From: Candidatus Hydrogenedentota bacterium
GTDB lineage: Bacteria; Hydrogenedentota; Hydrogenedentia; Hydrogenedentales; SLHB01
Reading direction: 5' to 3'
Length of the DNA stretch: 64,000 nt
Assembly: GCA_035450225.1 (NCBI GenBank)
Contig: DAOTMJ010000007.1
Location: forward strand, 65,698 to 129,697
Shown: piece by piece, positions 33,801 to 40,942 of the stretch
Layout: each line of letters begins with the position of its first letter
Numbering within the stretch: the stretch's first letter is position 1
The notes under the pieces: generated by a model
Databases searched by the model: none
What the model was told of the DNA's origin: nothing
What the model saw: only the letters and a program-made list of their open reading frames with translations
Translations under genes and position numbers: made by a program

Positions 33801-34424
33801 GTCCATTCCGTTTACCCAGACGGGCGTCCCGCCGATTTTTTCACCGCATTGGGCGGTCAGCGTTGCGGCGATCAGGTTGATTGTCACGGCCGCATCGGCA
33901 TTCTCGATTTCAATTGCCGACACCGGGATGTCCGGGCGCGGATTCCGGGCTGAAAAGCGCCAGAACGCGATGGGCTGCTTGCGATCGCCGTGCATGAGGG
34001 TGTCGGCGTGGGCCTGCGCGGCAAACGCCAGGGGCCCCGGTTTCCACCAGTCGCTGATCGTGAGGCCGCCGCGGATGGGAATCGCGGCCCGTTCCCCATC
34101 CGTGTAAATCAGCGTGTAGGAACCGATCCGATCCCCCGCGTTTTCCGTGAAATGCAGGAAATGAATGCCCGCGCAGACCGTCGGGGCAATTTCGACGCGC
34201 TTTTTCTCCCCCGCGCGCACGGACACGCGCGCATCCGCCGTCAGGAAGGAAATGCCGTCTATTTCTCTCGCGCCCGGCTCGAATTGACAGAACATACCGC
34301 GCAGTCCCGGAACAGAAATCGAACCCAGATCCACCGGGGTCGAATCCAGTCCCGCGGCCCACGATGCAAACATCCCGACGGCTATGCCGGCCACAACAAC
34401 GCGTTGCCACCCGATTGATTTCAT
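30840..34424 (-). CDS. large secreted multidomain protein: unknown N-terminal domain, central HEAT/PBS-lyase-like repeats, C-terminal FG-GAP/VCBS (ASPIC-UnbV-like) beta-propeller repeats
   Basis: Signal peptide at ATG 34424 (MKSIGWQRVVVAGIAVGMFASWAAG); Ala/Leu-rich HEAT-like repeats in the middle; DxDGDG-type repeats (DIDRDGFNDI, DVDEDGWTD, DLNGDGRMD, DVDGDGDNDV, DINNDGLQD, DFDGDGLLD) in the last ~450 aa. Confidence 0.7.
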   Translation of the reverse strand: MKSIGWQRVVVAGIAVGMFASWAAGLDSTPVDLGSISVPGLRGMFCQFEPGAREIDGISFLTADARVSVRAGEKKRVEIAPTVCAGIHFLHFTENAGDRIGSYTLIYTDGERAAIPIRGGLTISDWWKPGPLAFAAQAHADTLMHGDRKQPIAFWRFSARNPRPDIPVSAIEIENADAAVTINLIAATLTAQCGEKIGGTPVWVNGMDEEQFFLAVLAQPGAIAGKEKACEELKRVGTAKSVPLLAACLTDEKLSHPARLALAAMPYPEARDALRKALGVSSGVVKAGIIESLGTFRNAGDVPALARSLKDDDPVIAMSAALALGRIGGHKAVSALKKAARNGEGRFKMAALDALMSCAERLGDKHPRSARAIYKEVFKQCGHGYAGTAAYLGLIRTSPREADKLVEKALLGNVPALWDAALPAVREHGNPKDTQAFAALLDRVPEAVLPGLIEALAQRGDKAAAPALAPMAAHADPAIAAAAIQALAIVGDGSAVPALVKAAAHAGEPNRSAAQQALAQLNAPDVSAALLAAIEGAGAAETSVLAKAMGQRRDEAVAPALRRLVQSPEAAVRTAAAQALAETGAAQDAELICQAMERAENDRERAAIKRTLTALGIRLGVPAEFADALLNGLKKENPAFRCALLDVCGKVPHGSLLKALENAATGGDAAPKDAAIRALSETENPEAMPVLLGLLDKTTDLTHRVLIFRGIARLGSSGKDIEQPIREDALTRALAVAERPEEKRLFLGALGGCPTLTALKTVERYLPQDDVVAEAVSAWGQIAKSLLTSHADEVRGSASGVLVRARKAGVSPAALTPLMDVMRALTAVAVPGDKVRFKHIVVDPLFRSEGVAVADIDRDGFNDILAGDLWYKSPDWTPREIRPPQTYDPNTGYSRCFANFAADVDEDGWTDSIVIGMPGGPAYWYRNPGEGAGHWPEYLLATSACGETPIFGDLLDDGKPVPVFAMNNRVTWFRTGQDKRAPWLAFPMSHQMGSFAQFGHGLGMGDLNGDGRMDILSTEGWWEGPPDRTRPDWGFHPARLGPACANMVVYDVDGDGDNDVITSSAHEYGIWWFEQRNENSAATFEQHEIHKGISQTHALILADINNDGLQDLVTGKRYYAHCGHDPGCHEPAVLCWLELKRTEPGKFEYRLHEIDNDSGVGTQFEVCDFDGDGLLDVVTSNKKGVHVFLQRRGK

Positions 34425-34568
34425 GAACACTTGTTTTCTCCCGATGCCTTCCTGCAAGGGACATAATCCGTCCGTGCAACGGCAAGGCATCATCATAGGC
34501 ACAGGGACGCGGACACGCAAAATTTCCTCCACGCGAAGTCAGCCGGGTTTACAACCCCCACCTCGCGC

Positions 34569-34723
34569 TCGTGCTCGTGCTCGTAATAGCAGTTGATCGG
34601 AGAAACTTGTTCGCGCCGGTTGCATGCGTTTCAACAAACAATAAAGTATGATGATAGTAGTGTAACATAATTATATAGCCCCGTGTAAAGTTTTTGAGGA
34701 TTCGATTACGAGCACGAGCACGA
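34569..34723. repeat. AT-rich 117-bp core flanked by perfect 19-bp inverted repeats (TCGTGCTCGTGCTCGTAAT / ATTACGAGCACGAGCACGA)
   Basis: Direct reading: left arm 34569-34587, right arm 34705-34723; core is strongly AT-rich relative to flanks and carries a TTGCAT-N16-TAAAGT promoter-like motif (34620-34647). Confidence 0.6.
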
Positions 34724-34730
34724 ACCTACG

Positions 34731-34752
34731 GGCCCCTTATGGGGGCTTTTCT
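34731..34752 (+). terminator. candidate Rho-independent terminator (GCCCC-UUAUG-GGGGC + UUUU), plus-strand orientation
   Basis: 5-bp GC stem 34732-34736/34742-34746, loop TTATG, T-run 34747-34750; lies just after the right inverted repeat. Confidence 0.4.
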
Positions 34753-34800
34753 CAAGCCACCGGTTTGCCGGTGGTCGTTGACTTCTCCGGTCCTGCCGGG

Positions 34801-35541
34801 TTATCGCAGAAACCACGGAAGCAGCCCCATGAGTAGGGCCACCGTCAGCGGAATCAGGAGATTGTCGTCGGGATAGAACCGGAAAAGCCAGACGGTGGTC
34901 TTGTGGGCGATGAGGCGCTGCACGCGGCGGGTCACGGGATGCAGAAGCAGCACCCAGTATTTCGTGTAGCTTTCGACGACGGCGACGACCAGACCGATGA
35001 CGAGCAGATGTTCCGGCGCGAAAGGCCCATGCAAGGCCCAACTGACGATCCACAAGGCTAAAAAACTCGCAATCACAAAGGAAAACGCCCCGTAGACCCG
35101 CGCGTATTCGATGCCCCGCCGCGCCAGGCGATGGCGGGTCCATGCCGCCGCCGGATCCGCCACGCCAAGGACCATTATCGAGGCGACCAGGGTGGATTCG
35201 CGGCAGAGTCCAAACCGGTAGAGCGTCACCAGGATGGCCGCCGCCAAGAGGTAATACGTCGTCGCGTTGAAATGATTTTTCTCGACGCGGCGCATCAGTT
35301 TTCCGTAAAACGGCAGCCGGGCCACCGCCTCGTTCGATCGCGGTGAATAGAAACGGATGAGGTCAATGCCCAACGCGATGGCGGTTTCGGCCCATGCGAA
35401 GATCACCATGATATCCGCGCCGGGAATTACGCCATTCAGGTCTTTCCATAGATAGAAAATGGCGATCATCAGTAGGCAGCCGGCAAAATGCCATAGCTTC
35501 CGCATCGCATTCCATTCGTATTCTCGTTCCACATGTGTCAT
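34801..35541 (-). CDS. polytopic integral membrane protein (dolichol/phytol-kinase or CDP-alcohol-like cytidylyltransferase superfamily candidate)
   Basis: 246 aa with ~7 predicted hydrophobic helices; 23 bp downstream of the DUF72 gene on the same strand; family call is weak. Confidence 0.4.
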   Translation of the reverse strand: MTHVEREYEWNAMRKLWHFAGCLLMIAIFYLWKDLNGVIPGADIMVIFAWAETAIALGIDLIRFYSPRSNEAVARLPFYGKLMRRVEKNHFNATTYYLLAAAILVTLYRFGLCRESTLVASIMVLGVADPAAAWTRHRLARRGIEYARVYGAFSFVIASFLALWIVSWALHGPFAPEHLLVIGLVVAVVESYTKYWVLLLHPVTRRVQRLIAHKTTVWLFRFYPDDNLLIPLTVALLMGLLPWFLR

Positions 35542-35564
35542 GGCGTATTTCGACCCTGGATGAT

Positions 35565-36506
35565 TTATCCCCCGGCGGCGTTTTTGGTTCCCGTAGATTG
35601 CGGCGCCGGGCTTTCCCCGGTTCCGGCCTCCGGGCCGGCGTCCCTGAACAGGCGTTTCAGCCGCGGGTATTCGTCAATCAGATGGCGCGGAACGACGACC
35701 TCTTTGACGCCGAGATCGTGTTGGATTTCAAGCGCGTTCACCACGGCTTGGCCGCGATAATGATTATTCGTGATGACATAGATTTCATCCGCCTGGCCGC
35801 GCATGGAGGCGATCCGCGCGATCCAGGGCGCCAGTTCACCCGGCGAATAGAGGTAGTCGTACCGGGCATTGCGGCCCGCGTCCTCGCGGAACCAGTTGGC
35901 CTCGTTGCGGCCGTGAAACCGCACATACGCCAGCGGCGCCGTCACATGCGCGGACGGTCCAATCGAACCGGCGATTTGTGGCTGATCGATGTTGCAGAAG
36001 GCGGCCCGGCGATTGCGTAGGCCGGTGTGGACCTCCCCACGATCCCATGAGTCGTGCCGGAGTTCGACGGCTAGGGGAAACCCGTCGAACCATTCGAGAA
36101 GCCGCGCCAGCCATGCGCGGTTGTCCGGGGTCCGCTTGAAACGCCATGGAAACTGGATCAGCAGCGCCCCAAACCGGCCTGCCTCGACAAGCGGCGCCAG
36201 ACCCTCCCGGACGGCCCTAACGTCGTCTTCCGAAGGCTCCGGGTCGCGGGTATGGGTAAAGCGTTCCCACAGTTTCGCCGTAAACTTGAACCGTGGATGG
36301 TCCGACACGTGCCGGACCCACGACGCGGCATGCCGCGCATCGGGCGGCCGGTAGAACGTCGCGTTGATTTCGATGGTGTCGAACCATTGCGCCAGATAGG
36401 CCGCCGGATGCTGCCCGCGCCCCGTTCCCGCCGGGTACACAATCCCCTTCCAGTCCTCATACGACCAGCCCGCCGGTCCCACGCGTATCGCTGCATTCGA
36501 CGCCAT
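35565..36506 (-). CDS. DUF72 (UPF0759) family protein
   Basis: Start ATG 36506 (MASNAAIRVGPAGWSYEDW); conserved WFDTIEINATFYR and LLIQFPWRFK motifs of DUF72. Confidence 0.8.
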   Translation of the reverse strand: MASNAAIRVGPAGWSYEDWKGIVYPAGTGRGQHPAAYLAQWFDTIEINATFYRPPDARHAASWVRHVSDHPRFKFTAKLWERFTHTRDPEPSEDDVRAVREGLAPLVEAGRFGALLIQFPWRFKRTPDNRAWLARLLEWFDGFPLAVELRHDSWDRGEVHTGLRNRRAAFCNIDQPQIAGSIGPSAHVTAPLAYVRFHGRNEANWFREDAGRNARYDYLYSPGELAPWIARIASMRGQADEIYVITNNHYRGQAVVNALEIQHDLGVKEVVVPRHLIDEYPRLKRLFRDAGPEAGTGESPAPQSTGTKNAAGG

Positions 36507-36789
36507 GCGGCCATTATACTCCCAAAAGGCGAAACGGCCTTTTGTTTGCATGCAACCGCCTGTTGACAGGAATAACCCGGTATGGTAGTCTGGATTTGTG
36601 GAAAATAGAACGAAAGGGAGCGGACGGCCCTTGGGGGTCTGGCCGTTCCTTTCTGTGTTGAATAGAGTGATGTATGGGCGATGCGGCCGGACATCACCAT
36701 CCAGAGCCGTTCAAGATGTGCCCAAGAGGCGTGGATCACCTCATCCAAGACAGGGGTAGTTATGTGCCTTTTGCATACCTTGCCCCTTT

Positions 36790-37977
36790 TTGGTTGATGT
36801 TGGCGAGCGTTATTGCAAAAAAAACCAGAAAGTTTGCGATCAAGTGAAAAAAGTAGGCAAACGCAAACCCACTGAAGCGCGGGAAAACGGTCTTCAGTAC
36901 ACAGCCAAGGCTCCTACTTCCCAAAAAACATTTCGTTTCATAGATCTATTTTGCGGGATAGGCGGCTTCCGAATTGCTTTTGAGAAAGCCGGGTGCAAGT
37001 GTTTGTGGTCCTGTGACTGGGACAAACATGCACAAATCACATATGAGGCTAATTTCGGTGAAAAACCCGCAGGGGATATTCATTCCATTGCCGTTGCCGA
37101 TATTCCAAACCATGACATACTATGTGCCGGTTTTCCTTGCCAGCCTTTTAGCATTGCCGGAGTGTCCAAAAAAAACAGTTTGGGGCGAAGGCATGGTTTT
37201 GAAGATGAATATCAAGGAAATTTGTTTTTCTCCATAGCGGAGATTATTGATTATCACAAACCGGCGGCGTTTGTTTTGGAAAATGTAAAAAACCTCAAGA
37301 GTCACGATGGAGGGCGTACTTTTGATGTTATCCATCGTACACTTACCCAGGCGCTTGGTTATACTGTTTACTACAAGGTCATTGATGCCAAGAACGTGGT
37401 TCCACAACATCGTGAACGAGTCTTTTTGGTGGGTTTTCGTCCTTGGTGTTGGTTCGATTTTCCTGAATTTCCCGAAAATGGTCCGGTGCTTGCCTCAATC
37501 CTTGAAACAGAAGTTTCTTCCAATTACACGCTAACGGAACACCTTTGGCAATATCTGCAGGATTATGCGAAGAAGCATCAGGCGGCCGGAAATGGTTTTG
37601 GGTATGGACTGTGCTCGGGCCAAGATGTTGCCAGAACGCTGAGCGCACGTTATTATAAGGATGGGTCGGAAATTCTAATCTCCCAAGGCCAAGACAAGGT
37701 TCCACGGCGATTGACGCCCCGCGAGTGCGCAAGGCTTATGGGATTTCCCGATCATTTCAAAATTCCTGTTTCCGACACGCAGGCATACAAACAATTTGGA
37801 AATTCCGTGGTTGTCCCTGTCGTTGAAAAAATTGCGGCCAATGTTGTAAACGCGCTGACGAGAGGCAGCGACTATCAGCCAGAGATGGTGCTCTGCGCCG
37901 ACAAAAAAACTGCATACGCATTCGGTGGCATTCGCAACAGGAATGGAAAAAACAGGAAAAAGGAAAACTCAAAATGA
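36790..37977 (+). CDS. dcm: DNA (cytosine-5)-methyltransferase (Dcm-type)
   Basis: Motif [12 protein letters not shown], motif [10 protein letters not shown], motif [10 protein letters not shown], motif [15 protein letters not shown], motif [10 protein letters not shown]. Start uncertain: TTG 36790 or in-frame GTG 36844. Confidence 0.9.
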   Translation: MVDVGERYCKKNQKVCDQVKKVGKRKPTEARENGLQYTAKAPTSQKTFRFIDLFCGIGGFRIAFEKAGCKCLWSCDWDKHAQITYEANFGEKPAGDIHSIAVADIPNHDILCAGFPCQPFSIAGVSKKNSLGRRHGFEDEYQGNLFFSIAEIIDYHKPAAFVLENVKNLKSHDGGRTFDVIHRTLTQALGYTVYYKVIDAKNVVPQHRERVFLVGFRPWCWFDFPEFPENGPVLASILETEVSSNYTLTEHLWQYLQDYAKKHQAAGNGFGYGLCSGQDVARTLSARYYKDGSEILISQGQDKVPRRLTPRECARLMGFPDHFKIPVSDTQAYKQFGNSVVVPVVEKIAANVVNALTRGSDYQPEMVLCADKKTAYAFGGIRNRNGKNRKKENSK

Positions 37978-38957
37978 GGGGGCCGTCCATTGATCGTTTT
38001 CTCAGAAGCAACGAGTGGGATATGCCCTTTTTCAAGCGACTTGCACATAATGACACCGGAAGAGCGCGCGGGCACCAAGGGGGGATTGTTATACCAAAGG
38101 AGTTAAGAAAGTATTTTCCAAGGCTGGATGAGTCCGGCGTGTCCATGTTTTCCCCCACATGCGATCGCCATTTGCAGGCAGAGTTATATGTTGGAACAAC
38201 ATATGTCGGCATTGTGCGAACAAGATACCAGATCCAGACATGGGGTGGGACTCGCCAGCCGGAATCGCGTATTACCGAAAATCTTGCCGAACTAAGAGGC
38301 CATGCAAATGCTGGCGATTTGCTCATTTTCCAAAGACGGGCCGATTCTACGGATCGTTTTCGTCTGTTGCTTCTTAAACAGGGGACAAACGCATACGATC
38401 TTGTCGGCAATCTGGTGGCATCGCGACGTTGGGGGCCTCTTTATTCCCAAGATCTTCCTGTTTCACAAGAGGATTTACAAGTTGCCCATTCAAACATCGA
38501 GACGCTTTCGCGTTCCGAGTTTACATTGCTTGCCCCAAGAATCCAACGCGTTGAAGCCCGTCACACGCGCATAGCCCGGAGCGCCGCATTTAGGGACCGG
38601 ATCAGGATGGAATACGGGTATAAATGCTGTGTGACAGGGATCAATCTTATGACCCCAACGCAGATGCACGAGGTTGAATCGGCGCATGTGGTTCCAATAA
38701 GCGAAGGCGGCACCGATGACATACGCAACGGTATTGCCCTGATTCAAACCTTGCATTGGGCTTTTGACCGGGGTTTGTTTGGGATTTCTTCCCGTCGCCA
38801 AGTCTACATTCCCAACCGGATTCTGGAAATGCCGGAAAACGACTTTCTCCGGCAGTTTCATGGCAAATCCATTTCCGAGGCAACGACACAGGATTTTCAC
38901 GTTCACAAAGATGCTTTGGAGTGGCACCTCGAACATCGTGTCAGGCAGTGGGAATAG
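37974..38957 (+). CDS. putative Type II restriction endonuclease: EcoRII-N-like effector DNA-binding domain fused to HNH nuclease
   Basis: ATG overlaps dcm stop (ATGA). N-terminus [30 protein letters not shown] and ...[11 protein letters not shown]...GDLLIFQ resemble the EcoRII N-terminal domain (recalled from memory); C-terminus CCVTGI...[37 protein letters not shown] is an HNH motif. Confidence 0.7.
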   Translation: MRGPSIDRFLRSNEWDMPFFKRLAHNDTGRARGHQGGIVIPKELRKYFPRLDESGVSMFSPTCDRHLQAELYVGTTYVGIVRTRYQIQTWGGTRQPESRITENLAELRGHANAGDLLIFQRRADSTDRFRLLLLKQGTNAYDLVGNLVASRRWGPLYSQDLPVSQEDLQVAHSNIETLSRSEFTLLAPRIQRVEARHTRIARSAAFRDRIRMEYGYKCCVTGINLMTPTQMHEVESAHVVPISEGGTDDIRNGIALIQTLHWAFDRGLFGISSRRQVYIPNRILEMPENDFLRQFHGKSISEATTQDFHVHKDALEWHLEHRVRQWE

Positions 38958-39051
38958 GATTTCGTGGAAATAGAAACAACCGGCATTCCCGTGCCGCTTG
39001 CAAGAATCGTTATTCGTGGATATTTGGGCAAAAGAAAAACGTTCGGATATC

Positions 39052-39453
39052 ATGTCCCGCATTCGCTCCCGCGGAAACAAAAGAACCGAACTTCGTTTGA
39101 TTGAAATACTTCGACAGTACAAAATTACAGGATGGAAAAGAAGCCAAAATGTTTTCGGGAAACCGGATTTTGTTTTTTGGAAAGAACGGGTAGCGGTATT
39201 TGTGGACGGATGCTTCTGGCATCGCTGCCCGAAGTGCTATCGTGCCCCTTCAACAAACCAGGCCTTTTGGAATTCGAAAATGGCACGCAATGTGGCAAGG
39301 GATCGTGAGGTTTTGAACGTTCTCAAAAGGGGAAGATGGGTTGTGCTGCGAATCTGGGAACACCAGTTAGTTCATGCGGGACGTGTCGCATGGCGCATAA
39401 ATCATGCGTTGCATAAGGGTTTCAAAAGACTGGAGACAGGGAAAAAGACCTGA
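39052..39453 (+). CDS. vsr: very short patch repair endonuclease (T/G mismatch-specific)
   Basis: ATG 39052 (MSRIRSRGNKRTELRLIE); Vsr signature FVDGCFWHRCPKCY; classic genomic partner of dcm. Confidence 0.85.
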   Translation: MSRIRSRGNKRTELRLIEILRQYKITGWKRSQNVFGKPDFVFWKERVAVFVDGCFWHRCPKCYRAPSTNQAFWNSKMARNVARDREVLNVLKRGRWVVLRIWEHQLVHAGRVAWRINHALHKGFKRLETGKKT

Positions 39454-39701
39454 ACTCGTCCGATTAGTCTTAGTAGCCGGAAAGGAATAAAGGTCGCAGC
39501 TTATGGTATGGGCAAATTACAATCGCGATTGAAACATGCAATGAATTCGCGTTCTGCATGAAGCGAGTTGCTACCTTTATTTATTTCCACCGCCTTAGTG
39601 CTTTGATCGTTTCGTTTTTTGCGTCGTTTCCATTATGATTCAAGGCACGGCCGTGCCTGCGGCGAGGCAGGCATGTCATCGTGAAAGCGTTTTGAAACGA
39701 C

Positions 39702-40916
39702 GTGAAGATCCTGATTCTAACCCAATATTTTCCGCCGGAATTCGGCGCGGCGGCCACGCGCAACTCGGAACATGCCCGCTTCTGGGCCGAGGCCGGTCAT
39801 GCGGTCGAAGTATGCACCGGCATGCCGAACTATCCCGCCGGCGTCGTCCACGAGGCCTATCGCGGGAAATGGTACGTGCGCGAGGAAAAGGACGGCTACG
39901 TTGTTCACCGCGCGTGGATCTACGCGACGCCGAACCGCGCGGTATGGCGGCGGGCGCTGGCTTCGCTCACTTTCCTTGTTTCGGGCCTGATCTGCGGCGT
40001 GTGCAAATGCCGGCGCCCGGATGTCGTCATTGCCTCGTCGGGACCGTTCTTCGTGGGGCCTTTGGGCTGGCTGCTCAGCGTGATCAAGCGCGCCGCGTTT
40101 GTCTTTGAAGTGCGCGACCTGCTGCCGCAGCAGGCGATTGATGTCGGCATGATCCGAAATCCCCTCGCCATTGCGCTCCTGAAAAGCATCGAGGCGTTCC
40201 TCTACCGGCGCGCGAAACGGATCGTCGCCGTCGCGCCCGCCTCGGCGAAGGCGCTGGCGGACCGCGGATTCGACGCGAACACAATCGTCACCATCGAAAA
40301 CGGCATCCGATCCGATTTCTTCGTGCCCGCCCCGCGCGAGAATGACATCCGCGCGCAGTATGGCTGGCAGGATCGCTTCATCGCGATGTATATCGGCGCG
40401 CACGGCGTGTCGCAGGGATTGTTCACGCTGCTTGAAGCCGCCGAGCGCCTCGCGGATCTCGAGGATGTGCGCTTCGTGTTCGTGGGCGATGGGGCCGACA
40501 AGCCCCGCATGGTGGAGTGGGCGAAAACCCGCGGACTGCGCAATGTCGAATTCCTCCCCCTGCAGGACAAGGATCTCATGCCTGCGTTCTACGCCGCCGC
40601 CGACGCGTGTTTCGTGCCCTTGCGCAAAGGCGATTACTTTCGCATCAACATTCCGTCCAAAATCTTCGAGATCATGGCGTGCGCGCGCCCCGTCATCCTC
40701 GGCGCCGAAGGACAGGCCCTCGACATTCTCCAGCAAGCGGGGGGCGGCATTCCCGTCGCTCCCGAAGATCCGGAAGCGTTCGCCGAAGCCGTCCGCCGCC
40801 TTCGCGCGGATCCCGCGCTGGCCGGTTCGCTCGGCGCGAACGGCCGCGCCTACGTCGTCGAACATTTCGATCGCCGCCGCAAGGCCGCGGACTATATCAA
40901 AGCGCTCACGATGTAA
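39702..40916 (+). CDS. glycosyltransferase family 4 (WcaI-like)
   Basis: GTG start; MKILILTQYFPPEFGAAATR N-terminus and C-terminal E-x7-E region (FVPLRKGDYFRINIPSKIFEIMACARPVI) typical of GT4. Confidence 0.85.
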   Translation: MKILILTQYFPPEFGAAATRNSEHARFWAEAGHAVEVCTGMPNYPAGVVHEAYRGKWYVREEKDGYVVHRAWIYATPNRAVWRRALASLTFLVSGLICGVCKCRRPDVVIASSGPFFVGPLGWLLSVIKRAAFVFEVRDLLPQQAIDVGMIRNPLAIALLKSIEAFLYRRAKRIVAVAPASAKALADRGFDANTIVTIENGIRSDFFVPAPRENDIRAQYGWQDRFIAMYIGAHGVSQGLFTLLEAAERLADLEDVRFVFVGDGADKPRMVEWAKTRGLRNVEFLPLQDKDLMPAFYAAADACFVPLRKGDYFRINIPSKIFEIMACARPVILGAEGQALDILQQAGGGIPVAPEDPEAFAEAVRRLRADPALAGSLGANGRAYVVEHFDRRRKAADYIKALTM

Positions 40917-40942
40917 TCCCGCGGAAGATCGGCGGGCCTTGT

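Larger units (their letters stand above)
36560..39690. mobile_element. lower-GC horizontally acquired island carrying a Type II restriction-modification module plus vsr
   Basis: Base composition is visibly more AT-rich than both flanks; genes M, R, vsr are co-oriented and tightly packed; sits between the DUF72 and glycosyltransferase genes; no integrase seen. Confidence 0.55.

Noticed and set aside
36570-36600. AGGAATAA...TATGGTA motif pair present at both island edges (about 36575-36598 and 39481-39508) as possible attachment-site direct repeats
   Set aside because: Only 7-8 nt blocks with different spacing (5 vs 11 nt); too short and imperfect to distinguish from chance.
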